Shown piece after piece: positions 29,434 through 42,682 of a stretch of 64,000 bases of DNA. The notes beneath the pieces were generated by a model, which made no database searches, was not told the DNA's origin, and was given only the letters and a program-made list of their open reading frames with translations. Positions within the stretch are counted from its first letter, which is position 1, and every line of letters starts with the position of its first letter. The DNA is from Octopus vulgaris (Eukaryota), in NCBI GenBank assembly GCA_951406725.2, contig OX597823.1, positions 71,920,001-71,984,000 on the forward strand, read 5' to 3'. Made by a program: the position numbers and the translations under genes.

Positions 29434-29678
29434 AAGCGTGCCTTCAATGAACCAAAAAAAATTCTCCTTGGGTTTTGACCTGCCTAATTTCGATCCAGTT
29501 TTAACAAAAGCCTTTACACCAGCAGACTGGATGTGACAGTTTCAGGCCTCCAGTGCCAAAGAACACATTCTATATTATTCCCCTTTCAAAGTTTTAGATA
29601 ATTACCGGAGTTATTTCAAATTATTTGTAAATTGACAATTTGAGAATATGGTACTGAAATATATTAATAATAATATGT

Positions 29679-29802
<124 letters not shown>

Positions 29803-29807
29803 ATATT

Positions 29808-30097
29808 GAATCGAGATCTGCTTCGGTCATGAATGACCACGGGATTGCACCTACAAATTTACCCACCGAGGCAAAAGTCCGAGCAAGGTTGTTTATGGAA
29901 GACCAGCAGTTGCCCATGCATACCAGCCTTCCCTCTCCACCGCCAGCGATACAGCTGGGCATCAGTAATGTCGCAACTCATTTCTACAGCTGAGTGAACT
30001 GAAGCAATGTGAAATAAAGCCGCCCGGTCCGGGAATCGAACTCACAACCTCACGATCGTAAGCCCGACGCTCTAACCACTGAGTCATGTGCCTTCAC
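29808..30097 (-). mobile_element. SINE family C-related copy
   Basis: Minus-strand head TGACTCAGTGGTTAGAGCGTCGGGCTTACGATC...GAGTTCGATTCCC. Tail shared with the 56357 copy. Confidence 0.75.
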
Positions 30098-30105
30098 TAT
30101 ATATT

Positions 30106-30168
<63 letters not shown>

Positions 30169-30541
30169 GTGTATGTGTGTGTGCATGGTGGCGTGTGTGT
30201 GTTTGTACACGCACATTTGTATACGTCAAGATTATTTTTTTATGTGTGAACGTGTTTGTGTCTGCGTACGTGTGTGTGTGAGTGTGTGTGTGTGTGTTTG
30301 TGTCTGCGTGCGTGTGTGTCCGTGCGTGTGTGTGTGTGAGTGTGTGCGTGTGTGTTTGTGTGTGCATGCATGCGCGTGCAAATACTTAAATTTTACGTCA
30401 AATTCAAGATTTGTATTTATGAATTTAAAAACTAGGAATAAATTACTTTGTATGTGTATATGATATATTATGGGTATGTACCCACCCTTGTATGGGTGAA
30501 CCTCCTCTGATATTCATATTTAATCTAGTTTGTATTTCATA

Positions 30542-30668
30542 ATCTCCGAAGAGGCCTTGGGATATCTTTGTAAGTGTCTCATTTATAACTACATATTGAC
30601 CTATCACACATGGCTAATATGAGCAAAATGAGACACCCATATCTGCATGGCCGGAACAGCTGTAAGAT
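30542..30668 (+). ncRNA. Type I hammerhead-like motif with about 100-nt stem II
   Basis: ATCT-CCGAAGA-GGCC...GGCC-GGAA-CAGCTG-TA-AGAT. The inner stem includes gtgtctcattt/aaatgagacac. GAAA is mutated to GGAA. Confidence 0.65.
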
Positions 30669-32759
30669 GTAGTCTATATTTATATTTATATCTATTTATA
30701 TTCACTTATGCATACTGTACTTATTGTATCATATTACTCCTTCATGTACACTGTTTTGTTCTATATTATTATGTTTGACCTTAATGTTCATATGTAGTGG
30801 TTTAATAAATTATGTGATTGGGTATTATCTGATAATTGATTTAGATGTATTTCTCCATTTTCTTATTTTGTATTATTAATTTGTGGTAAAACATTTTTAC
30901 CTTTGCCCATATGATACAGTAAATGAATTAATTGCATCGCAATTTTTAGCATTTATGTATTAACTTTGTTGGGTACTTCACTAGCAGTATATTGGATATA
31001 TGTTATCCCATGGAGGGTTGCATTTACAACCCCTATCTCAATTTGTATATATATATATACATCTATATACGTATATATATGCAAATATATACGTATATAT
31101 ATGCAAATATATATAGTAAATGGCAACATAGTAAAATGCAAAATGATTTAATTATAACATATTTACAGGTGTTTCTATGTCTATTACATAATGGTTACGT
31201 AAAAGAGTTCTACATAATTTTTCAGCGCACGTCATCGCCTCGTTATAAGAAATGATGAACTATGTATAATGATAGGTATATATAGAATACGTCCATTATG
31301 TATCATGGAAAACTTTTTTCCAATTAAGAACTGAGTACACAATAATATAATTGTGTGTGTTATTAATTAGTAAGAATCCCTACGGTGAGTCCAACCGTTT
31401 TACGAGTTCAGTTGATAAGATTAATAAAGTAGATAAGAAAGATAACATGTATACATACACACAAGCATAAGCACATATATACACTTATATATGTGTAAAT
31501 GTATGTGTGACTGTGTATTTGTGTATGCATATATATGTGGTTGTAAGCACAGGAGAATATAGATGTGTTATTAAATACATATATGAATGTGTGCATCTGT
31601 TCAGATGTATGTCTGTAGATGCTTGTGTGCACATGAATGCGCGTATATGTATATACATGCATACACATACACATATATGTACGTGCGTGTATGTAATATA
31701 CATTGTATATATATACACACACACACATATATATATATATATTTATATTAGGTGTGCATCTCTATATATATGGAAGATTACGTATATTTATTACAATATC
31801 GATTTAGGTAAACCTATTTAATTGTTTGAATAGGTGTGAAAACGTATGTGTTTGTGTGTATGTGTGTATGTGCGTGTGGGTGTGCCTGTGTGTGTGTGTG
31901 TATGTTTGTTTGAGTGTGTTTGCGTGTATGTGTGTGTGTTTACCATTCTGGTCAAAATATTTTCAGGAAAACTAGTTTATGATTCTAGTTTCTACTCTGT
32001 ATAACAGCGATGCATATCCTAGGGAAATTTTGTAAATTCGGGGTGATACAGCTTGGTGTCTATGTCCTTATTCCTGTCAGAAAGCAGATAACTGGGATAG
32101 CGCAATGTTTCTTGACTTACACTGTAACTGTCCCATCAGCTCACCGCTCGCCATTTCTAAGTTTTTATCCACTTCAAAACGATAAAAGGCAAACTCATGC
32201 TCACTGAGTTTTGAATCCAATGCGTAAAGCGTCAGAACGAAATATGTGAGGAATGCTATCCAACGTTCAAACTACTGTAGCTACGACCTTCTATTACATT
32301 ATTATTTTATTAAATTAATATGCCTTACATTTCAAACTACCCAAAAGCGTTGTATAATGCAATACGAATTAATTAATTATAACTAAATTAAAAATAACTA
32401 CTAATTCATTTAAGTTGTCAGCGCATGGAATATTATGCAAATTGGATAAATAAGTTTAGCGCTGTTGAGGTTGTACATACAATAAATAGCTATGAGTTAG
32501 CAAATTCTCTGTGAAAAAGAAATTGGATATTCGACCTTAGATAAAGACTAAAAGTTGTCAGATTTTAAACCCACGAACATATGAGATCCCCGAGGCAAAT
32601 ATTTTCTTTACGTTTTACAGCGAGGCTAAGATCTACTTTTGTTTTTGGAAAACGTAATACCGTATATATAAATCGACAAACACATGCACGTATGCACACA
32701 TACACAAAGAGAAAGATAAATAGGTAGAGGGAGAGACAAAGAGAGAAAGAGTTATCTAT

Positions 32760-32963
32760 ATTCTTTTCTACTCTAGGCACAAGGCCTGAAATTTTGGGGG
32801 AGCGAGTCAGTCGATTAGATCGGTCCTAGTACGCAACTGGTACTTAATTTATCGACCTCGAAAGGATGAAAGGCAAAGTCGACCTCAGCGGAATTTGAAC
32901 TCAGAACATAAAGACAGACGAAATACTGCTAAGCATTTCGCCCGGCGTACTAACGTTTCTGCT
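32760..32963 (-). mobile_element. SINE family D
   Basis: Homologous to 23645-23870. Confidence 0.85.
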
Positions 32964-33744
32964 ATATGTTAAAAAAATATATACATATACTCATATTTTG
33001 AGTTCCATTTTGCCTGCTTCATCAAACACACACACACACACATATATCTATCACAACAGATATACATAAAGTGGATGAAGAAATTAATATTGGATAGTAG
33101 TAAATTAAATTTGTATATCTTATTCAAACACATACACTTTCCTTCGCTCTCTTGTTCATTAATCTTGTAGTTAGAATAACTAAGTCTAAAGATGAATAAA
33201 ATGCAGGAAAGGCATAGGAAAAAGAACCAAGCAAAACCTAATATCAGTGTATTCTGAAATAATGTTCGGACAAATAATACAGATAAGAAAGTTTCAAATT
33301 TGAAATTTGGAAAAGCAAAGGGGAAATAACTCATGTTTTTTTTAATATCAGTAGCAGTCATAATGACGGTGATTCTCAAGCAGTAAGAGAAAGGAAAATG
33401 TATTTAGGAGTCATTTGGCTCAAAACATCATTACATAATTTCGGTTTCGTAACTCAAGTGACGAAATGTTTGATATAAATTATGCAGTTAGTATTCGAGG
33501 AATAATGAGTGTAAGTTCGAAAGGAATAGAAAGGAAAAAAATTAGTTATAATGTACATTTCTATATTTGGTGGGTATTTAGTGGGTAATGCATAGTTGTA
33601 ATATGTATGCAGATAATTTCCTTCTATGTGTATGTACATATTGTATATATATATATTTATATATACACACATCTATATATATATATATGTATATATATGT
33701 ATGTACGTGTATATATATATATGTATGTATGTATGTATATATAT

Positions 33745-33807
33745 ATACAATTGTTTGTTTGTATTCCACCTGCCTTCGTCTTTTGTTTATTTTCATAAAG
33801 CTTCCCG

Positions 33808-33842
<35 letters not shown>

Positions 33843-34710
33843 TATATATAATGAGAATTTACAAAAAAAAACAACAAGAAAAGACGAAGACGGATGTATT
33901 AGTTTAACGCTCGGGAAGTGAGAAAGTCTTTCATGTTTCGAGCCCACGCTCTTCGACAGAAAGGAACACAGAAATAAACAGGGAAAGAAAATAGAAAAAG
34001 GTTTAGTGGCTAGCGATCTAACATGGCGAATGCCGGACAAAGGGGTCACACAGGATAGCTAGGAAGAAGGGAAGATAATAAAGTAGTGGAGATAATGAAG
34101 TACTGGTGATCCCAAAATGAAGGTGCGGGTGCGTGTGTATGTGAGAGCGTGTATGTGCGTGTGGAAGGGTGGAAGGGTGCTGGGGACATTGATGTTCATG
34201 TGTGTGCATGTGTAGGTGTGTGGATTATGGTGTAGGAGCTGAGAAGTTGTCAGTGCTAGTGTGTGCGCTGGTGTGGGTGCTAGGAAGTGGTCAGTACTAG
34301 TGTGTGCGGGGTGGTGTGATGTGTTGTGGTATGGTGAGGTGTGGTGTAGTGGTGTGGTATGGTGGTATGTGGCGTGGTGGTGTTGGGATGTGGGGGAGGT
34401 GAGAGTGGGGGAAGCAAGGGTGGGAACTAAGGGACGGGCTGGGACGAGATAGGATGTACAGGGATGGTGGAGTTGGAATGTGTAGGGTGAGGTAACGAGG
34501 GAGGGATGACGATGAAGGGAGAGGGTGGAACGGAAGAGTTAGCTAGGAGTAAAGAGCAGAAGTGGGTGCCAGAGCAAGAGAGGAGAGGAGGGCGGGAGGA
34601 AGTATGTATGAGAGGAAGAGAGGAAATAAGAGGAGGGTTAGATGAAAAGGGGAGGAGAGTTGAGCCCATGTGGTGCAAAGAAGCGAAGAGAGAAGATTAA
34701 TCCCTGTTCA
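33745..34710 (-). mobile_element. Penelope-like element 3' end: GIY-YIG ORF tail, pyrimidine-rich 3'UTR and H1 terminal repeat with hammerhead (33928-33963)
   Basis: Minus strand 34710-34638 encodes EQGLIFSLRFFAPHGLNSPPLFI*, matching the PLE ExxxIxxLxTxxPxGLN C-terminus. Hammerhead CTTT-CTGTCGA-A-GAGC gtgg GCTC-GAAAC-ATG-AAAG. A short inverted piece of the terminus lies at about 33745-33810. Confidence 0.8.
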
Positions 34711-34748
34711 TAAATACACACACACTCACACACACACGCACACATATA

Positions 34749-34780
<32 letters not shown>

Positions 34781-34944
34781 CGTATGTATGTATGTATGTA
34801 TATGTGTGTGCACGTGTGCGTGTGTATGTGTTTCTGTGTGCGTGTGCGCGTGTATATACATATGCAACTTTAGTTTTTTATACATAAATATATATATATA
34901 TAAAAAAAAAAAAAAAAAAAATAATAATAATAATCATAATAATA

Positions 34945-35501
34945 AATGCCCTGATGCAGTACCAGGCAGTGGCTCTCATGGCTTCTGATCTTAACTGATT
35001 GGAAGTGTTATCATGTACATTGTTTTGTCTTGGTATAAAAGATGGGCTACAGCAAATATTCTGCTCAATACCACAGATTTGCCTGTCAGTTGTTTGGCCT
35101 TAACCAGTTGAGCATGTCCCTTAGTGGCTGACAATATGTGTACCTCTGATCATGAGCAGAAGTAGTGGGGGAGCATCATAGCCATATGTTGAGAGGGATT
35201 CTTTGGGATTTGAATAATTCACCTCTGGAAACATGGGTGGTTCGTTCAACATCCTTAAACAACCCATATTCAGGGACCTTTTGAGCAGGATGGGCTACTC
35301 AACCTGAAAAAAATTCTAACTGGGTCCCACCTGCAAGTTCATGTGCTGTTTATCTTGATATGAGATCACCATGTCGTGCACATATGGTTGTGATGCATGT
35401 GCCTGGTGTACCCTTATCAGACTGGTAGTCATGATGGGTATATTGGGCTTCGTATATTTTACCCCAGTGTCACTTTGATGGCAGGAACTGCTCTCTCACT
35501 C
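34945..35501. mobile_element. Unclassified about 555 bp non-coding element embedded in (TAA)n
   Basis: Complex, higher-GC block with sharp boundaries and (AAT)n on both sides. No ORF recognised. Confidence 0.45.
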
Positions 35502-35538
35502 AATAATAATAATAATAATATGTACACACACATGTTCA

Positions 35539-35589
<51 letters not shown>

Positions 35590-35619
35590 TATATGTGTAT
35601 GTGTGTGTGTTGGGATGGT

Positions 35620-35915
35620 CATACTTTTTCGCAAATAAACAAACGCACTATATACTTGTCCTTCACTTCACCTTTATTATTACTCTTATTTTATAGTCTT
35701 TTGTTTGAAATCTTTCGTCAGACGTACTGTAACCTCTTCAGTAACTCTCCATCCCACGTGTCTCCAACTGTTCTCTTTCTGGAGGAAACACATGGAATGG
35801 AGAGTCGCTGAAGAGGTCACAGGATGTGTAACGAAAGATTTTAGACAAAGGACACTAAAATAAGAACAATGATGCTGACGAATATATAGTGAATGTGTTT
35901 ATTTGGAAAAAATAT
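35620..35915. repeat. Diverged about 300 bp palindrome with a hammerhead-like motif on each strand
   Basis: Plus strand CTGAAGA-G-GTCACA ggatg TGTAAC-GAAA-GATTTT-AGAC (35808-35846). Minus strand CTGAAGA-G-GTTACAG...CTGAC-GAAA-GATTTC-AAAC (35741-35703). Confidence 0.75.
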
Positions 35916-36022
35916 GTATCTGCACGATCAGTTACTTTACATACATCCACATTTATATATAGAGAAATTTCATTTTTCTGATGGAAATTGTAAGTATAAA
36001 GTTTTGCAATAAAATATACACA

Positions 36023-36420
36023 GGCGCAGGTGTGGCTTTGTGGAAGGAAGCTTGCATCCCAACAACATGGTTCCGGGTTCTGTCCCGCTGCATGGCACCT
36101 TAGCTAAGTATCTTCAGCTACAACCTCGAGTCGGCCAAAGCCTTCTAAGTGGATTTGGTAGACGGAAACTGAAAGAAGCCCGTCGCATATATATGTATAT
36201 ATTTGTGTGTGTGTGTCTATGTTTGTTCTCCCCACCACCATTGCTTGACAACCGATGTTGGTGTGTTTGCGTGCCCGTAACTTTGCGGATTGGAAAAGGT
36301 GATCGATGGAATAAGTACTAGACTTACAAAGAATAAGTCCTGGGGTTGATTTGTTCGACTAATGACGGTGCTCCAGAATGGCAGCAGTCAAATGACTGAA
36401 ACAAGTAAAAGAATAAAAAA
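36023..36420 (+). mobile_element. SINE family A, full length, diverged
   Basis: GGCGCAGGTGTGGCT head through cagtcaaatgactgaaacaagtaaaag tail. Confidence 0.85.
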
Positions 36421-37376
36421 TTTGTTTGTTTTGATATCTACGAGAATTTTTACATTCTTATATCGTTTGTTTCTCTTCGCATTGTACTTGTCGACAGGAC
36501 TGTGGCTATATTTTTTGCAAACCTTTGCAGGTCTCTTGCAGGTTCACCTGTCTCACATTGAGACAGGTGAGCTTGAGTGGCCTTTCTCTGGATAGGCCCA
36601 GGTTCTTCGGGTGCATAGAAGCAGTGTTATTCCAGATATTGGGTCACAAACTAGTACTTTGTAGAATGACTGCAATTGTTAGCAGTTAAAACATTTTTGA
36701 TCCTTGAAAAAATAAGAATCTGTCTGTGAGAAGCAGTCCAAGCTATGCTAAGGTTGTGCCTTTGGTTGGAGATATCACTGTGGATAACAAAGCAATTGGT
36801 ACAGTGCTGCTTTATTCATAGGGGTAGCCCTTAAGTTGTTTGCTCTCAAAAGAGGGAAAATTAACATGAACCATTGAAGGGTGCATGCTAAGTAACCGTT
36901 ATGGACTCAGTGTATATTCGAGGTGCATTAGATGCGTATGAAAGATGTATGGTGGAGAATGGCTAGGGTGGAATGAAGGGTTGCATTATTTGCTCAAGAG
37001 TAGATTTTGCTGTATGCGACTGCAAACAGGTCAATGATGTATAGAAGGAAGTGTGTGGAGGATAACATCGAATCTTGGTGCACACCAGAGTTGATTGAGA
37101 ATAAGGTAAGATGAGATTTCTGTCAAAATATGCAGTTATGGGGCAAACTGAGAGGAAAGCAATGCAAGAGATAAGAGAAAGCTGGAAACAGCATGTGGGA
37201 TAGGAGAAAGCTGGAGACGATATGTGGGAAGTTATGAGGGGAGATACGCATGCAAGAAACGGTTGAAGACGTTACTAATATCTTGGACTTTAAACTTCTC
37301 TAACTCGTGACAAATGATTAGGTCACCACTGAAACTGGTTGTGCGGAAGGGGTACAGCAAGGTAGATAGTTTGAGG

Positions 37377-37417
<41 letters not shown>

Positions 37418-38229
37418 TGAGAGAAAGAAAAAGATAAAGACAGAGAGGGAGAATGAAAGAGGGGGATATTCCTGATGTTGGAGATACTTTGTTATTAATT
37501 GAGTCTTTTAACCTAGAGATGTTAAATATGGAGACATTTATGAACAGAATATAGATAGCAGGAATATTTTGGTAGACTGTAGCTTTGAGTAAATGTGAGT
37601 TTTAAGTAGGAAGTTTGTGATTTCTTTTGGCTGCATTAAATACAGGTGACAGAGTCTGTTGAATTAGTTAAAAACTAACAGTACAAATAAACTGCAGAAA
37701 ACAAAAAACAAAGACTATATCGTTGTATGTACTTATTTCTTTCTCCACACAAACATCACATTTCAGAAAGCTACAGATCACCATCCTTGTTTTCCATAGC
37801 TGTCTACGGTCAACTATCAAATACATTTAATCAAAATATAAATAACTCTGTCTCAGGCCTTTGCGCTTATACCTTATTCCATGATTTAAATATACTATTA
37901 GCGTTGCCCAAACGACGTTAGCATCTGTTCTAAAAGTTAAACAAATGTATGACCATGAACCATATGCAAAAATCATATTTAAAACGCACCAGTATTGCAA
38001 CAACTATTCTGTTCTTGCTACAAAAGTCCCTGAATTGTTCCACACCATTCTGAAACAACAGGTTCAAGTAAGTTATTATGGTTAAGTAAAATACAAATAT
38101 TAACTACCTGTGTTTAGCGTAATCTAGTTTATGTGGGAATGTAAATAAATTTATCACATTTCACGAAGGACGTAATAAAGAATGAATAGTCTCAATGTCT
38201 GTGACACTAACAGGAATCTTCCGCAGACA

Positions 38230-38292
<63 letters not shown>

Positions 38293-38294
<2 letters not shown>

Positions 38295-38474
38295 CTTTAC
38301 TGCCCACAAGGGACTAAACATAGAGGGAACAAACAAGTGCAGACAAAGCGATTAAGTCAATTACATTGACCCCAGTGCGAAACTGATAATTTATTTATCG
38401 ACTCCGAAAGGAAGAAAGGCAAAGACGACTTCGGCGGAATTTGAACTCAGAACGTAGCGACAGACGAAATGCCA
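38293..38474 (-). mobile_element. SINE family D, 5'-truncated
   Basis: Homologous to 23645-23830. Confidence 0.8.
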
Positions 38475-38578
38475 AGATATATATATATATATATACATAT
38501 ATGCTCGATCAAATATCCTGGGGGTTAATTTGGGTTTCCTTGATGACAATGTAACCTTCATTTAACTAAGGTATCCTC

Positions 38579-38663
38579 GGCCTGACGAGCACCTAGTGGC
38601 GTACCACTTGTTTGAATAGTTACTAGTTCCGAGGTTTCTGCCAGCTAGGTACCATATGTAGCC
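38579..38663 (+). ncRNA. Broken hammerhead relic (GAAA missing)
   Basis: GGC-CTGACGA-G-cACCTAGtggc...gccagCTAGGTac-[no GAAA]-CATATG-TA-GCC. Confidence 0.5.
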
Positions 38664-38912
38664 TGGATTTTACCACCTCCATTCCTTAAATATAATTTTC
38701 TATTCGTATACACAGCAACCCACGTTGCTAACCATCAACTATAAAATAAGTTTTTAGCTTATTGAACTACAATATGGGAAAAATTTACAAAGGTGATTTT
38801 TATGCCTTGTACGGACTGCTCGAATCTGATTAACTTCCTACACCTGGACCGGGCGATGTGTTGAGCAAACGTGCGTATATATATATAGGTGTACACATCT
38901 CTCTATATATGA

Positions 38913-38960
<48 letters not shown>

Positions 38961-39098
38961 TTAATAATAATAAAAATAATAATAATAAAAATAATGATAA
39001 TAATAATGAAATTACTGTGTACAGTGCCCAGGTGCACTGCATCGTATCAAAGGTGATTTTACAGAACATACAATTATGCGCAAAGGTCATATATATGG

Positions 39099-39144
<46 letters not shown>

Positions 39145-39149
<5 letters not shown>

Positions 39150-39332
39150 CTCCTTCAGAACACTGCTTGACAACCGGTGTTAATTTGTTTCACTTTTCAT
39201 AAATTAGCAGTTCGGCAAAACAGGAACTTGACTTAAAATCAAGTACTGGGATAGACTAGTTCGACTAAAACCCTTCAAGCGGTATCTTGGCAAGGCTGCA
39301 GTCCAGTGACTGAAAAATGTAAACGGTAAAAA
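39145..39332 (+). mobile_element. SINE family A-related 3' fragment
   Basis: ctgcttgacaaccggtgt...gttcggcaaaa...gcagtccagtgactgaaa. Confidence 0.65.
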
Positions 39333-39663
39333 GTGTGTGTGTGTATATATATATACATAAAGTATGGGGCTTTAGTTCACTGGGGATCTAAACGATTATG
39401 TACGCCATGTAAGTGCTGTAACGGTTCGCGTCTTTGTCTTGGGATGTCTACTGCATCAGGACTTTAACCCACATGGATCTACGCAGGATTGCGCCTAAGG
39501 ACTCATGTTCCGTAACTTCCATAACTTAGGAAAGTTGAACTATGACATTTTATGCTTCTTTTTTCTTCTTTCATTCCATCTCCTTATTCTTTTTCTCCCT
39601 TCCTCAATGCCGTCATCTTATTGATATATACCATTCTTACTTTCCATATCCCACCCCCAAGTT

Positions 39664-39721
39664 GTCTCAGATGACGGAATATATCCCAAACTCGGGGATA
39701 TCGTAGAAACAGCTGTAAGGT
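39664..39721 (+). ncRNA. Degenerate type I hammerhead motif (GAAACAGCTGTA family)
   Basis: GTCT-CAGATGA-(atatccc/ggggatat stem II)-GAAA-CAGCTG-TA-AGGT. Core U4 is changed to A. Confidence 0.6.
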
Positions 39722-40012
39722 TTTGAATTTCTTCCAATAATAATATTGTATATGATTTGATATGCTTGCCTGCCTTAATGTTATATATATGTATATATAT
39801 ATATGTGTGTATGTGTGTGTGCATGCATATATATTTATATATAATATGTGTCTATATTTGTATATATATATAAATATATATATATGTAAACATACATATA
39901 TATATTTATATATATATATACACATACATGCATACATGTATACATACATATATACATACACATACATATGCATGCATACATACATACACACGTATATATG
40001 TATGTATATATA

Positions 40013-40122
<110 letters not shown>

Positions 40123-40257
40123 GGCATGGTTGTATTTTTAATAAATCCTAGTTATTAGTCATGTCTGGCGTATCCCGGAGCACGGCAACTGGATACGGTC
40201 ATTTATGTATGTATGTATGTATGTATGTATGTATATATACATATATCTATATATCTA

Positions 40258-40352
<95 letters not shown>

Positions 40353-40733
40353 GTTATATCTATATATATGTATACATATATATGCATATATATACATATA
40401 TACATATATATACATAGATACATATGTAGATGCATATATATAGATATGTGTGTGTGTGTGTGTGTGTGCGTGTGTGTACTATAAGTTTAAGTTGAATAAG
40501 TTAGTTAAAGGTGATGCACCTTCTTAGAGCAGGTATTCACGTGAAGAAAACGGTTTTTGTATAAAGATATAATGCACTCATTGATCAATTAAAACGGAAA
40601 CGGCTGTAATGAAATTGGAAACGGCTGTAATGAACTGGCACCTATCCATCAATTGTTACTGTGTATACATTCCCCATATATACATATTTATACATATCTA
40701 TCTATCTATCTGTCTATCTACCTATCTATCTAC

Positions 40734-40786
<53 letters not shown>

Positions 40787-41074
40787 AATCTATCTATATA
40801 TCTATCTATCACACACACATACACACATTCACATACACACGTGCATATACATGTGTATGTATGTGTGCATGTATATATATGTGTGCGTTTGTTTACGTAT
40901 ATATATATATATATAAATACACACACACATATATGAATATATGTCTATGAATGTATACATGTATACCGACATACACATGCACATACATATGTATGTGTTT
41001 ATATATGTTTTCCTTAGATGCTGTTTCGTTGGATTGATGAAATTGTGAATTCAGTAAAATCTGAGGACACAGAC

Positions 41075-41586
41075 GCGAAATTTTTTTCCCACCGAGTACC
41101 GGACCCCAGTTATGAACTCACTTTTAATACAGCCAGAGCTCAACTATCAAACTAATTTATGAGCGCATAAGAAGCGATGGGCGATAAGATAAGGTCACTT
41201 GGGTAAGGAATGACCAGGCTTCTTTTCCCTTTTAATAATGCCTGTTGTTCTCGTTTTTGTTTCAACCAAGGCTGCCTCTGCGTAGTTATTTGTGTTGTTT
41301 ACTTTTCAAAACAGTAAGGGAAGAGTGTTGCTACCATATTACCCTGGACCCACATTTTTCCCATCCACATCTTCACCATATGGGGCCACATTAAAATTGG
41401 ATAATAGGTACAGATGCAAATCTGTCTAATTCTAAATTCAGGCATAACTTGGCAATCGGTTGACTCACATTTTGAATACCAACCATTGTTAACTTCAGAA
41501 CAATTTCAAGGTGAGCTCTGATTGGCTGCATGCAAATGAGTTCATTACTGGGGACCGGAACTCTCGTGGGATAAAAAGAATTTCGG
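41075..41586. mobile_element. MITE with long TIRs (Mutator-like), copy 2
   Basis: gcgaaattttt..cccaccgagtaccggaccccagttatgaactca ... tgagttcattactggggaccggaactctcgtggga...tttcg. Flanks gacacagac/gaccatgac. Confidence 0.75.
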
Positions 41587-42555
41587 GACCATGACGAAAC
41601 AGTGTGACTAACATGTTCCTCTTCGGTTAAAGACTGTAGATAAACAGTTCTGTTTCTGTTCAAGCCTTCGTTGATTTTATCCAAGTTCTACTGTGAAATT
41701 AATGTGACCTTATAAAGAAGTACTCGCCCCGCTGCGAATATACCGAAAGGCGGTCGACTGTGTCAAATGTGACTAGGATGAATGGAACTACTCTAAACAT
41801 GGAGCTTTTGCATGGTATACAAGAGTTGGGTGAGGGTTTGTGGTCAGGGCAAACTTGGATCTGAGGGGTTTCTTAAATAGGAGGACAACATCATAAATGA
41901 ATTGCCGTATTTTGTATATATTGATACCTTTTATCTCATCCTCCTACCTGTCCCTTTCTTCTCTTCACTTTTATGTAATCATACATAGAGATACATGCTT
42001 CCTAAAATCTGTATATCTGTAAAGACGTTCTTAGAGTCTAAGCGGTTCCTGTGTGTGAATTCCTTTGAGTGGATAAAGAGTGGCGCAAAGCTCAACTCAC
42101 TCCTTAGCGCAATCAAACATAAAACCAGTTGCACGACTGCGGTTTAGACGACCAGAAGCCAAAGCAGTTCAGGTTCTTCTGATACAGGTTTACCTTCTCC
42201 TACAAAGGAGTTCTATCGGGAACTAAGTGTTGTTTCACTCTCATTTGTTCACATGCTTATAAAGCCCATAGATGGGATTAAACATGTTCTGCAACTCCTG
42301 GTTAGACAGACCCGAAGACGATAATGGCTAAGAGGCACTTCAGAACACTGGAGCTCTCGTCCCAGTGTCCACAAGCGGATGTACATAAAAGCCACACCCA
42401 GGACAAATCTACATACATATATACATGCATACATACATACATACATACATACATACATACATAGATACATACATACATACATACATTCATACATACATAT
42501 ATGCAGACAGAAAGAGATACATGCTTGCACATCTGCCTGCCTGTCTGCCTGTCAG

Positions 42556-42588
<33 letters not shown>

Positions 42589-42603
42589 CAATCTATCTGT
42601 CTA

Positions 42604-42682
<79 letters not shown>

